Under the pieces are notes generated by a model. The model worked only from the letters and a program-made list of their open reading frames with translations. It had not been told where the DNA came from and did no database searches. DNA of 64,000 nt from Octopus vulgaris (Eukaryota): the NCBI GenBank assembly GCA_951406725.2, contig OX597817.1:60884001-60948000 (forward strand), given 5' to 3'. The translations under genes and the position numbers were made by a program. Shown piece after piece: positions 1-11,879 of this stretch. Each line of letters opens with the position of its first letter. Within the stretch, counting starts at the first letter, position 1.

Positions 1-215
1 AAGCCCGTCGTGTGTGTGTGTGTGTCCCCAATCACGCTTGACAACTGATGTTCTTTTGTTTACGTGTCCATAACTTAGCGGATCAGGAAAAGACCTCGAA
101 AGAATAAGAACCAGGCAAAATTATGAGAAGCACTGGGTCGATTTATTCGACAAAACCCTTCAAGGCGGTGCTCCAGCATGGCTGTAGTCCAGTGACTGAG
201 GCAAGCAAAAGATAC
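1..215 (+). mobile_element. tRNA-derived SINE family A, 3' half
   Basis: Matches the 3' part of the full copy at 51206-51615 (cttgacaac.gatg, taacttagcgg, aggcggtgctccagcatggc, gactga). Confidence 0.8.
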
Positions 216-427
216 AAAAAGGGTAAATGGTTGTTCATCAAATCGAACAACTGAAGTTGAAAGTGAGAGGAATTCGTCATCTCGAGTCGCTCGTGCGTTT
301 CATGTGGACTGTTCCGTTCTCACATAAACATGCAGACACATCTCGTCAAACCAACAACAAACCACCGCACCATATACCAGACATTGCTTAGCGCACTTCA
401 CATATATTTACAGAGAGACACACTATG

Positions 428-470
<43 letters not shown>

Positions 471-475
471 TTACA

Positions 476-728
476 CCCTTGGCTACTGGAGATAAAGTCG
501 TGCTGATGACGGTTATCGGGGTAGAAACATGTGTCCACGACTGTCCTCTTATCTCTAGACAATAAACCAGTCTTTTATTCCTGAATGGCCTTTGACTTTT
601 AAGATTATCTCCCCTTCTCAAGTGAAGCTGATCTTAATCACCCTTTTTAATAATTTTGATACAGCCTCTAGTGGCGAAAATAATCTTAATACAGCAAGAA
701 TTTATGTTCTATGATATTTGATATACCT
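476..728 (+). mobile_element. Penelope-like element terminal (pLTR-like) fragment; diverged second copy at about 46355-46615
   Basis: Carries the hammerhead motif. Colinear similarity (ggctactg.agataa, agacaataaacc, tgaatggc, tttgatatacc) with 46355-46615. Confidence 0.55.
496..542 (+). ncRNA. minimal type I hammerhead ribozyme motif (Penelope-like)
   Basis: Stem I AGTCGTG/CACGACT (7 bp), core CTGATGA at 503-509, GAAA at 524-527, short stem III AC-ATGT-GT, GTC triplet ending at 535. Stem II is imperfect. Confidence 0.65.
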
Positions 729-870
729 AAGATTAATCAGCCGAAATTGCGAAGATGATCCGGTTCTTGACTGATGACTGAGGGCTTCGAATGTCCCGTC
801 CTGTGGTTCTTGTGTCGTCTTCTAGGTGTTTCACGTTCTTGTCCCAGTTTGTATATATTTTTTACTTTTT
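728..870. mobile_element. interspersed repeat fragment, probably Penelope-like; second copy at 47649-47787
   Basis: aagattaatcagccgaaatt...gatgatccggttcttgactga(t/a)gactgaggg.ttcgaatgtcc is shared with 47649-47787. A related sequence lies on the - strand at about 26850-26940. Confidence 0.55.
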
Positions 871-1485
871 ACATATATATGCGTGTGTGTGTATGTGTGT
901 ATATGAATATGCCTGTTATATATTATACACACGTGGTCATCATCATCGCCGTCGTCGTCCGCGTTTTTCCATTCCTGTATGAGTTGAACAAGTCTTCTTT
1001 TTTTTAGACAGTATTTTACCGATAGGTATCCTTCCTATCGCCAACCTTCTCAGACAACTTTTAAAACACATTTTACTCACCTGATTCACCAGGTACAAAT
1101 ACACGTTCACACTCACGCACACACTCACGCACACACAAACACACACACACACGTATGCGCGAATGTGTCGTAACATCTTGTCTTATAACATCTTGTGTCA
1201 TAAACTCATTGATTCTCTCCCATTTTCACGTCTGGATTCCGTTGATCCCTTTTTTTTTACTGATGGACTCCCTCCACCCCCATTACCAGTCGATGCTTTT
1301 AAAAATCCTATTATATTTCTATTGTTAAATAATCCTTTCTACTCTAGGCGCAAGGCTTGGATTTTGTGGGGAGTGGGCACAATCGATCACATCGCCCCCA
1401 GAACTCAACTGGTACTTAGTTTATCGACTCCGAAATTTATAATTAAATAATATTAAGAATTAGAGAAATATTTTCTGTATTTATT

Positions 1486-1905
1486 CCTTTATTCTTTTAC
1501 TTGTTTTAGTCATTTTACTGCGGCCATGCTGCAACACCGCCTTTAGTCAAACAAGTCGACCCCAGGACTTATTCTTTGTAAGCCTAGTACTTATTGGTAT
1601 CGGTCTTTTATTGCCGAACGGCTACGTTACGGGGACGTAAACACGTCGCCATCGGGTTGTCAAGCGATGAGGGGAGACAAATGCATGCATACACACACAC
1701 TCACACACACACTTATGTATATATATATATTTATATATATATGACCGGCTTCTTTCAGTTTCCGTCTACCAAATCCACTCACAAGGTATTGGTCGTCCCG
1801 AGGCTATAGTAGAAGACACTTGCCTAAGGTGCCACGCAGTGGGACTGAGCTCAGAACCATATGGTTGGAAAGCAAGTTTCTTACCACATAGCCACGCCTG
1901 CGCCT
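1486..1905 (-). mobile_element. tRNA-derived SINE family A, full length with internal CA/TA microsatellite
   Basis: High similarity to 51206-51615 and 29581-30020. On the - strand it starts aggcgcaggcgtggctatgtggtaag (A-box-like), with a B-box-like ggttc...agtccc. Confidence 0.9.
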
Positions 1906-2059
1906 AGAAAAAAGTAGTGCGCCCAACCTGGAAAACCAGTGGGTTGCGCATAAACAGCATCAAAATCTTATATGGATTTCTAAGAGTCATAGGGACCGTG
2001 GTGGAGGACCCCTGCACCACCTCTATGTAAATGAACGAACACTTTATAGAGCACAGAGT

Positions 2060-3015
2060 AGGATTGACCAATCGCAGCTATTCTGTGACAATAACCACAC
2101 ACAATCAGTGAGCAATGACCATAGAACATACAACACTTATAAAGAACCACACAACACACAGCACTCCTAGACAACAACAACAACAACATTCACACAGCAC
2201 CACCGAACAGTTACGTAATGATGCTAGTCTCTCGTAGTCCGAGAAAGATGGTTCTGTAATTTGTTGCTGAACAACCTGCTCAAAAGATTCGCTTATAAGT
2301 ATCAAAATGTCTGTGTTGTGCATTTGGTTATTCCGTTCATTGAATCGACGTTGCTCGAACGGGTGACATCGGGTGTCAGAGTGATCGCAGAGCAGTGCGA
2401 GATGAAGTTTTCTGCTCAGGAGGACAATGCACCACCCAACTCAGGAATGGAAACCACGATCTCGAGATCGTAAGTGCAAACACTCTAACCACTCGGCCAT
2501 GCACTTTGACACAATTACACAATAACCCTGAACCATCTCACAACACCCCTAAACAATCAAACAACACATAGCGTTACTGAACGATAGCATACCACACAAC
2601 ACTACTCAGCGATCACGCTCTACACAACATCTCTAAATAATCACACAACACCACCACTGAACAATAACTACGTAACGAGACTACCCAGCAACGAACGAGG
2701 ACCTCCGTGACACATAACACCACTGAGTCACAATACTACATCACGGAACAACTTTACAACACACAACACTTATCACTGGTGATCCGTCCAATAGAGAAAA
2801 ATAACGGTACACACTTCACAACAATACTGAAATGCAACGACTACACACCACACAATAGCTCTGAAAAGCAACTGCACACCACACGACACTGCTGAAAAAC
2901 GCTGACACAACATCATAGAAAAACAATCACACACCACACGTTACAAGCGAAAAGTAACTACACACCATACACACGATCAAACGATAATCACACACACACA
3001 CCCCGTAACACACCA
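2060..3015. repeat. degenerate C/A-rich minisatellite (units like ctgaacaatcacacaacac) interrupted by a SINE
   Basis: Recurrent acaacac / ctgaa(c/a)aa(t/c) motifs at about 20-nt spacing in 2090-2210 and 2505-3010. Confidence 0.6.
2335..2505 (-). mobile_element. tRNA-derived SINE (family C-like) 5' part
   Basis: The - strand begins gtgcatggccgagtggttagagtgtttgcac (A box) and ...gtggtttccattcc (B-box-like), then ttgtcctcctgagcag, resembling 39943-40285. Confidence 0.6.
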
Positions 3016-3337
3016 ATCGCAAAACCCTTATCAGGCGAAAAACTTAAATCCGTAGATCCTCCGTCGATTTCAACGATGACTATTTCAGCTGTTTTGGTCA
3101 ACAAAACTACTTATCCGTTGAATTGCAGTGTTGATGGCTGAGAATTCCACAGACACTTCTATTCCCAAAGAAATTTTGGGGCTGGGTCACCGTCGAACAT
3201 TGTGACACAAGGCGAATAACAACGTACCCTGCTTACTCTCAAAAGGAATGGATGGTCGCGAATGGAACGCTTTGTATAATATGTCTGCTAAATCTGTGTT
3301 CATTTAATTTTAAACAGCATTAACGATAACAGCTATA

Positions 3338-3514
3338 CAGGCTCGGATATGGCCGTGAGGTTAAGAAGTGCGCGTTGCGGGTTCGGTCCCATTGCGAAGC
3401 TCCTTGGGGCAGGAGTCTTCTACTATAGCCCCAGGTCTGACGGAAATTGTGTGTAAGCCACTCGTGTATTGTGTGCATGCGCGCACTCGTGCCTGCGTGT
3501 GTGCATGTGTGTGT

Positions 3515-3556
<42 letters not shown>

Positions 3557-3760
3557 CCCTTCGTTTACCTTTCCCAGTACTTGGTAACCGATGTTGCTTT
3601 GTTTACGTTGTTGTAACTTAGCGGCTAGGCCTAAGAGATCGAGAGAACCAATACCAAACTAAAAAAAAAAGCATAACTCCTGGGGGTCCGGTTTGTTTGT
3701 CTAAAACTCTTCGATGTGGTGGCACAGCATGGCAGTAATCGTATGCCTGAAAAATAAAAG
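3338..3760 (+). mobile_element. SINE family A, diverged copy
   Basis: ggttcggtccca, tcttctactatagcc, internal (GT)n, taacttagcgg, cagcatggc. Confidence 0.75.
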
Positions 3761-4123
3761 ATAACATACACAACAATAAAACACGCAACTGAAAATATGA
3801 GAGGAAGGTCATGGCTGTAGCGCTTTTCTATCATAGATTTTGCTTGCTCAATTCTGACCTAAACGACACCAAAACAACAATAACACACACATGTATACGA
3901 CATAATAATCACACCACACACACACATCGCATGCAACACACACAGACACACACACATATATATACACACACACACATCAAACGCACCGCCTACATCGTCT
4001 TCCTATCACTCCTACTCTTCTTGCGTAAAACTCTTCCTCCTCCATCCGCGTTTATGTTCCTCCTCCTCCTACTCCTTCTTCTTACTATTTCTACCATTTT
4101 TGCGTCATTCTTTCTCACAGATC

Positions 4124-4300
4124 ATGGCCAACGGTACGATACAACAGAAGGACACTACCTTTACCAAAATATTTGTCGGAGGTCTTCCATATCACACGTC
4201 GGACAAATCACTGCGGGAGTTTTTCGATCAGTTTGGAGAGATAGAAGAAGCAGTTGTCATTACGGATAGACAGACGGGGAAAAGTCGCGGCTATGGATTT
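4124..4300 (+). CDS. RBM24: RBM24/RBM38-family RNA-binding protein, first visible coding exon (RRM N-half, 59 codons)
   Basis: [59 protein letters not shown] has RNP2 (IFVGGL) and RNP1 (RGYGF). It closely matches vertebrate RBM24/38 as recalled ([19 protein letters not shown]...). Donor GTAAGT at 4301 (phase 0); polypyrimidine tract and acceptor CAG ending at 4120. Confidence 0.95.
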
Positions 4301-4389
4301 GTAAGTAAAAAAAAACATCTTTATAATTTAATCCAATTCCATTTAATTTCGTATCATCATCATCGTCGTCATCATCATCATCACCACCA

Positions 4390-4500
4390 TCATCATCATC
4401 GTTTTTAACGTCCACTTTTCCATGCTTGCATGGGTAAGAAGGAATTTGTCGAGGCAGATTTTCTACGGTCGAGTGCCCTTCCTGTTGCCAAACCTCTCCA
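4390..4500 (-). mobile_element. 3' end of an RTE-like LINE/SINE with (GAT)n tail
   Basis: The reverse complement cccatgcaagcatggaaaagtggacgttaaaaacgatgatgatg matches the 3' terminus of the LINE at 39540-39600. Confidence 0.65.
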
Positions 4501-6133
4501 GATTCCAAGTAAGATATTTTCCACGGTTGACCCGAAACCTCTAACCCCGCTCGCATGATAGTGATGGTCATTCACAGCCGTGACGTCATGTCTAGAGATG
4601 GTTTGAATATGGAGGAAAAATCTCTAAGTACTAAGAATTAAATCAGATTTAAGGATTTGACGGTTGCATAAATAACTATAGTAAATATGGCAAGGTTTTT
4701 TGTCTGTCGCACTACCGATTCTGCCAGTCTATGATGATATTTTCTGACTCCACATGTGGTGGAAGAGTAATTTAAATTGATGATTCTCAAAGTTACATCT
4801 ATCAGTCCTCAGCACCACCACCACCACCACCACCACCACCACCACCGCCACTGCCACCACCACCACCACCACTGCCGCCACCACATAAAATATTACTGAA
4901 ATTATTTTGTTTTTTTTCCTCTTTGTTAATGAGAAACAAATAGGATTCCGTTTTTGTATTTGGTTTGTAAGAATCTTGATGTGATCTCGTGTGTTGAAAC
5001 AGATTTTGTTGTATCTCAGGAGGGTCGCCATGCTAATAACAAACACATGCCCTGGTTCTATTTCACTTCTTTATTATTCGTCAGTTGGTTAACCTTTTAA
5101 CCAAATGACTTTTCGGTTGTTTGATTAATCACTCGGTTTATCGATCAGTCCTTTCGTTGGTATTCACAACTTCTTTGATATTTTCTCTCCCTTTCTTCCA
5201 TATAAGCACCAGATTTGTGAGGTTTGGCATAATGACCCATCTGAGATATAACAGAATAGAGTGTGTACACGTGTGATTCTTTTTTTCCTTGCCAAGGTGG
5301 TGGACAAGTTTAAAATGCTTAAAAACCGTCTTAATTTTCTTAAAAATGGCAATTTGTTTGACCATTTTTCAAACCCCAGTTCCTCCAGGGGTCTGAACCC
5401 CTACTTCTGTGAGAACAATCTCACTCCCAGTTCTTCACTGGTCCTTACTTTTAACGACCTCAGAAGAAATGCAGACAAATACAACGTATATTACAGATTG
5501 TCACGAAATAGCGTTTGCTGGAATCGAACCAAAGTCTCTCACATGACATCATGTTTCCTTAAATCTTATGCTGAAGCCACTGACCCAAATTCGGTCCTCG
5601 AACCCCTTTCTTGTGTCCACATCACTGAAATGACTTTCCGATATGTCACAGCAACATCCTCACAGAAGTCTTTGTTTACACCCACGATCATCTTTCACAC
5701 TCACCAGAATATTCACACCTTTGTTCATCTGACATGTTTGTTGGTATGTTTGCACCTGGACCTAGTTGGAGTGCATAAATTGAAATTTAATTGTGTGACC
5801 TCATATCATTTAATAACATGCTTTTATGAGCAAACAACTACAAATGCTCACATGTAATGACAGCTAAACAATTCAACAACAGACGTCAGTGCGACCAAGC
5901 CCTCCTGCAGACGGAGCAATAAAATCGTACATCCAGAGTTAAAACATCCGCGTCCTAAACTGGTTATGTCGGTTCGTTTACAATTTTTGTTTTAGTTGGC
6001 GGTAATGTTTGAGGTAGGTGAATGCAATGGCAATGTGTCTCAAGCATTTGTAGTGACATCTGGCGACAGCAGACGAAGCACATCTGCTCCAAAAGGAAGT
6101 GACCGAGTAATCATATATTACTGGATAAGGATA

Positions 6134-6535
6134 AGGCGGCGAGCTGGCAGAAGCGTTAGCACGCCGGGCGAAGTGCTTTGCGGTATTTCGTATGCCGCTA
6201 CGTTCTGAGTTCAAATTCCGCCGAGGTCGACTTTGACTTTCATCCTTTCGGGGTCGATTAAATAATTACCAGTTACGCACTGGGAGTCGATGTAATCGAC
6301 TTAATCCGTTTGTCTGTCCTTGTTTGTCCCCTCTATGTTTAGCCCCTTGTGGGTAGTAAAGAAATAAGTATTTCGTCTGCCGTTACGTTCTGAGTTCAAA
6401 TTCCGCCGAGGTCGACTTTGTCTTTCATCCTTTTGGGGTCGATAAATTAAGTGCCAGTGAAACACTGGGGACGAAGTAATCGACTGGTCTCCTTCCCACA
6501 AATTTCAGGCTTTGAGCCTGTAATAGAAAGGATTA
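6134..6535 (+). mobile_element. SINE family B, dimeric/chimeric copy
   Basis: Full monomer aggcggcgagctggcagaa...gtagtaaagaaata (6134-6365), then a second partial monomer with a different tail. Degenerate 17-bp flanking direct repeat at 6117-6133 and 6532-6548. Confidence 0.85.
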
Positions 6536-6794
6536 TTGGATAATGACAGATTAATAAGGACTAGGCCGAGAATTTATAGGTCAGTTATGTTCCGTATTGG
6601 TATGAGTAGGATTTCAAAATTACGAAGAGGTTTATATTGGGGTGCTGTGAGCGGCACGAAGTAGGGAGGTTTTTAAAGCGGATCCCTTGTATAATGACAT
6701 ACGTTGCGTATGATTGGAGAGAGGTGAGTCAGGATACTTGGAAAATTGCAGTAACCCCCCCCCCCCAAAAAAAAAAACAGAATTGAATGGTTTG

Positions 6795-7185
6795 TCTTTT
6801 GTTGTTTTAGTCGTTAGATTGCGGCCATGCTGGGGCAACACCTCGAAGGATTTTAGTGGAATGAACCAACCCCAGGACTTACTTTTAGCCGGCTACTTAT
6901 CCTATCGATGTCTTTTACCGAGCCATGAAGTTACAGGGACGTAAACACACCAACACCGTTTGTCAAGTGGGGACACACATTCACGCACGTACACACACAC
7001 ACACACGCGCACCATGTATGTATGCGCGTATATATATATATATATATATATATGCACATAAACAGGCTTCTTTGTTCTCCCCCGAAACTATAGCAGAAAA
7101 TACATACCCGTGGTGCCAGGTTATTGAGCTGAACTCGAAACCATCTGCTTGGGACACAAACTATTCCTCAACCACACACCTTGTG
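6795..7185 (-). mobile_element. SINE family A, diverged copy
   Basis: gcggccatgctgg, ccccaggactt, ggacgtaaacacacc, ctatagcagaa. Confidence 0.75.
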
Positions 7186-7638
7186 TGTATGAATATGTAC
7201 CATTCTTCGCTGAAACATATATGTGTGTTTATAGGAATGAATAAGCTTGTAAGAATAGATGAAGATGAAAAGAAACCTGAAATTAAAAAACAAGTACGGT
7301 TGTTTATTTTAAGCAATATAAATGATTGTCGACGTTTACCTTAACCTTATTGTAGGAAAAAACACAAAAATCGTTGGGGGAGGTTAGCTAAGTCAGACAG
7401 ACATCCTTTCCAGTGGGTAAATTAATCCATCATTAACCATCAAAACTACATTCAATTAATGGGAATTATGAGTCTCTGGAGATTTTCAAAGATATTTGCC
7501 ATTTTTCAAAATTTATTTACATTTTTTTGTTAATGGTTCTAATAATTCTAATGTTGTTTCCAAGTTGGAATCTTAATAACTTTGGCTGACTTTCGAAATT
7601 TTTTCAACCGATGATTTCTAGTCACTTAATATCTTTAC

Positions 7639-7702
<64 letters not shown>
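7639..7702. repeat. (ATT)n/(TAA)n microsatellite at the 3' junction of the R4/Dong-like LINE
   Basis: Direct reading. Confidence 0.9.
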
Positions 7703-8164
7703 TTATGTTTGACTTTTGCTTTACATTTGTACAAGTTGGCTCCAAGTCTCACCGAGAGACCTCAAGAGACAACAAGTTGGAAGTTCATGTTGGTGTTATG
7801 CCTAGGGTGCCATATATTTGGTTTTGTACATAGTGTTGTTCTAGAGAATGTTTAAGAAACCATACAAAAATTATGTTTGTTTTAAAACTTGAGATTACAT
7901 AGAAAGTATTTTGCGTAGGATATGGGCAATTCCAATGAGTACTATCTTTTGAATTTCTGCCAGTTTGGGGTTTCCTGGTATCTAAGCTAGGTAGCAATCA
8001 ACCCCTTTTGCCATCATTCCCAGGGCACCTATGACAACAGGTATTAGTCTTCAGGTTCCACATTTTGCTAATTTCTATTTCAAGATCTTTATATTTGCTC
8101 ATTTTTTGGTAGGTCTTGACAGATACATTTATATCGATTGGGACAGTCATATCAATGAGGAGGC
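7703..8164 (-). mobile_element. 5'-truncated R4/Dong-like non-LTR retrotransposon (restriction-like endonuclease C-terminus and 3'UTR)
   Basis: The - strand reads LLIDMTVPIDINVSVKTYQKMSKYKDLEIEISKMWNLKT..(frameshift)..PVVIGALGM, the typical RLE D..P...K..KY..L and PvviGalG motifs. Both flanks are TAA repeats. Confidence 0.8.
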
Positions 8165-8174
8165 TATTATTATT

Positions 8175-8275
8175 AAGGCGGCGAGCTGGCAGAATCATTA
8201 GCACGGCTTTACATTCTGAGTTCAAATGCCGCCGAAGTCGACTTTGCCTTTCATCCTTTCGAGGTCGACAAAATA
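8175..8275 (+). mobile_element. SINE family B fragment
   Basis: aggcggcgagctggcagaa...gtcgactttgcctttcatcctttcg. Confidence 0.8.
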
Positions 8276-8313
8276 ATTTATTTTCCTTCTCACATACACT
8301 TGCGTATACATAT

Positions 8314-8463
8314 AGGCGCAGGAGTGGTCATGTGGTAAGTAGCTTACTTAACAATCACATGCTTCCGGGTTCAGTACCACTGCGTGGCACTTCTACTATA
8401 GCCTCGGGCCGACCAAAGGCTTGTGAGTGGATTTGGTAGACGGAAACCGAAAGAATCCCGTCG
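8314..8463 (+). mobile_element. SINE family A 5' part
   Basis: ggcgcaggagtggtcatgtggtaagtagc...gacggaaaccgaaagaatcccgtcg. Confidence 0.85.
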
Positions 8464-9105
8464 GTCCCTCAGGGGACTGTCTTGGGCCCCGCTCCTCTTT
8501 ATAATTTACATAAATGACCTTTCCAGCGTCGTATATCCCTGCAAAGTGAAAATATTTGCTGACGACACTAAGCTCCAGCAAATCATCAATGAAGAAGCAG
8601 ACCGAACCCAACTCCAGTCTGATCTATATGCTGTGAGTCAATGGGCAGACAAAAACAAATGCAACTAAACGAGGGAAAATTTGAGCTGATGCATTTACTA
8701 AAACAGCATACTCTCTTCCTTCAGGGGAACCGCTCACGGCATTTAACAATGTAAGAGACCTGGGTGCAATTGTAGATAACACTTTCAGTTGGAGTGCCCA
8801 CATCAACAATAAGGTCGATATAGCTCGTAGGATGAGCTCCTGGATCTTAAGAACCTTCCGGTCCAGAGAACAAGGTGTCATCATTCCACTTTTCTCCTCC
8901 TTTGTACGGCCACACCTCGAATACTGCTGCCCCTTGTGGTCTCCCCATACAAGACAAAACATCGCGAGGATTGAATCACCCCAGAGGGCACTCACTAAAC
9001 GAACTGAAGCTATGACTGATCTCGATTATTGGGACCGCCTTAAAGCCTAGAAAATCTATCTCTCCAGCGCCGCCGCGAGCAGTATATCATTTGCACGATG
9101 TGGAG
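8464..9105 (+). pseudogene. CR1/L2-like LINE reverse transcriptase fragment, disrupted
   Basis: VPQGTVLG-PLLFIIYINDL...VKIFADDTKL (RT catalytic FADD), ...DLGAIVDNTFSWSAHI..., RPHLEYCCPLWSPH, DYWDRLK, with frameshifts and stops. Confidence 0.88.
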
Positions 9106-9643
9106 AATATATATTTTTTTCTCTCTGTATGTTTCTTTCTGTCTCTCAATCTCTCTATTTCTTTCTCTGATGCACACATGCATTGGTCGTCGAAAGAAGC
9201 ATCACTCGTGTAAATGCCATCATCGACGTAAACAAATGTCTTGACTCTACTCTACGTTATCGAGTAGTTTACATTAGACAGTGCTTCTCCGAGATTTTAA
9301 ACGGGTATCTAATGCGCGCGCGCGTGTGTGTGTGTATGTGTTGTTTTTGTACTCTGAGACAAAAACGTTTCAACTCCAATCCGATGTTCTTGTCCTTCAC
9401 ATTTATTTGTCAAACTGTTTAAATATGCAGAAATGTTAATTTGTTTGTTCTCTGCTATTCTTTCCTATCTCTTACGACTACTAAGCACTACATTGTCGTT
9501 GTGCTTTAATGGACTTGAATCCCGTTTCCAAGAGACTTATTCTACTCTTTAGAACGCCATTTTATCAAATATTTTGTCCATGAAGAGATTTAAGCTACAC
9601 ATTACATATATATATCCTCATGGCAGGGAACTGCTTAATTTGT

Positions 9644-9663
9644 CTGTCTGTATGGTTGTCAGC

Positions 9664-9747
<84 letters not shown>

Positions 9748-9910
9748 TCATCTGTCTGTCTGTCTGTCCATCCGTCTGTCTGTCTGTCTACCTATCTGTT
9801 TGCCTGTCTGTCTATCTATCTGTCTATACATACATACATACATACATACATACATACATACATACATACATACATACACACACACACACGCACTCACACG
9901 CACACACATT
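9644..9910. repeat. compound (CTAT)n/(CTGT)n/(CATA)n/(CA)n microsatellite
   Basis: Direct reading. Similar tracts at 10950-11100, 12440-12672, 14988-15060, 36362-36562, 43533-43800, 50385-50700, 52060-52210 and 59480-59690. Confidence 0.95.
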
Positions 9911-10949
9911 TAATAATTCCTTTTGGGAACAGTGGAACTCGAAGCAAAAAGTTTTGTGTTGTAGCGTGTGAATATTGGGTTTAAAATCGTCTGAAGCCGA
10001 AGGTTTTTCTGCTTCCAGATCCCCTGCTCCCCAAAAGAATTATTCCACATTTTCTCAGTATTCATGTTTCTTCTTATGGCGACTCATAATAAAACGATTT
10101 TACATTAAACCTGAAGAATTACTCACATTTATTTAAGAATTATAATAATTATTTAATTAGAATTAATTATAAAAGAATTACTTGTTATACTATTGCAAGA
10201 AGAGTGGTGACAGTGACCTGGAGGTTTCGACCTGCTGGCCTTTGTTGGATTATCCTTCAACTGGATACATCGCACAGCCTATGGATGCGAGGTTCAGAAG
10301 ATCATTTTGCAACAGCTATGTAGGTGTGAGTTCGAGCCCTTTGCGTTGCACTTTGAGAAAATTGCTTTCTACCATAGCCTCGTTTCAACCAAAGCGTTAG
10401 GAGTGAAATTTGGACGGCAAAACAGTGCAGAAAGGGTCATTGATTAAGTCCAAACTGGCAACACCTGATGCTTTGGTTCCTTTAGTGGAGTTCCTTTATT
10501 AGAAGTATTCGTATCAGGCTTTCTCTGTCTGCGAAAACTTCCTCCCTCCTTCCCCCTTCCCCCTTTTCTCCATCATATTTGGAATCCTGTTTTAGGGATT
10601 CTCACATAGGTTTTTAGGGATTCTCACATAGCGACTAAAACCAATTTGAGAATGAAAAGGCGAAGTTGGTAAAGTATCGAACCATTACATTAGCTGACCA
10701 TTCAGTCAGGCAGACACTTTGATGTCATTGAACATAATTAAACGTTCTATATTTTAATGAGAAAGAATTTTTATGAAATCTGTTCCAAAGTTTTTGTTTC
10801 TTTTGACAGAGTGGCATCGTACCTAGGCAGAAATAAGTTTCTCATTTTTCTAATTAACACGACAAAAATTAGAATTAAGCAGTAGTTCCATGGGTCTCGG
10901 CGATTCTAAAAAGAATTAAAATATGCTTACTCTCTTTCTCTGCCTCTCT

Positions 10950-10995
<46 letters not shown>

Positions 10996-11004
10996 CTCTA
11001 TCTA

Positions 11005-11097
<93 letters not shown>

Positions 11098-11212
11098 ATC
11101 TCCAGCTATTTGTCTCTATCTCTTTCTCATTGTCTGTATGTCATTGTCTCCGTCTTCCTTTCTTGTGTCTTTCTTAAAATTCTATTATATAATCCATTCG
11201 CACATTCCACAG

Positions 11213-11336
11213 GTAACAATGGCAACTAAGGAGTCAGCGGAACGAGCTTGCAAGGATCCTAATCCTATTATAGACGGCAGAAAAGCCAATGTAAATTTGG
11301 CTTATTTAGGTGCTAAACCAAGAGGAATACAGACAG
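11213..11336 (+). CDS. RBM24: RBM24/RBM38-family protein, second coding exon (RRM C-half, 124 nt)
   Basis: Acceptor CAG ends at 11212. [41 protein letters not shown](G) continues exon 1 in frame and contains the family motif [26 protein letters not shown]. Donor GTAAG at 11337 (phase 1). Confidence 0.95.
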
Positions 11337-11879
11337 GTAAGGTGTTCAGACATTCTTCCTTCTAGTTTAAAGAATATTGCTCTACCTATCTTCTCTCTAG
11401 CAAAGAAGGGAGTTCAAATACAATTTAGGAGATAGTTATCCGACTTTCTTAATTTACCCTTTTGTCAGGTCAAGTTATTTATCTTTTAGGTTAGAAGGGT
11501 AGAGTCCTTGGCTCTTGACGAGCTGTCCGAGACTGAGGGAGAGTGCATAAGGTCTGTCCTTGGTTCTTTACAAAGCTTCCGAGATATTGGGAGGGAGAAA
11601 GTTGTTCTCAAACCGGTAACCTAAACCGAATGCTTGCAACCTGGTGTTTGTGTGCTTGCCAAGAACAACATCTGGTCCTTGCAAACACCCAAGAATCAGG
11701 TAGTGGTATTAAACCGGGAAAGTAGGTATAGCGGGATTTGAACTCAGAACGCAAAGAATCAGAGCAAATACTCTGATACCTTGAACCCAACGCTCTAAGG
11801 ATTCCGTCGAAGATTCGTGCTGTATTCATCGACTCTGGAATGATGAAAAACAAAACTGACTTCGGTGAAAGATGCCGGA

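Noticed and set aside
740-805. CTGATGA at 771 (CTGAAGA at 47692) as a hammerhead
   Set aside because: It is followed by GAAT, not GAAA, and convincing stems I/III could not be drawn in any topology.
4301-4408. His-rich C-terminal continuation of ORF 4100-4408
   Set aside because: Read-through past the GTAAGT donor into an intronic (CAT)n retroelement tail.
5261-5857. 198-aa ORF
   Set aside because: No recognisable domain or splice signals, non-ATG start, and it overlaps a SINE-like segment on the - strand.
10589-10631. 22-bp tandem duplication tttagggattctcacatag containing TTAGGG
   Set aside because: Simple local duplication; not a telomeric array or CRISPR-like repeat.
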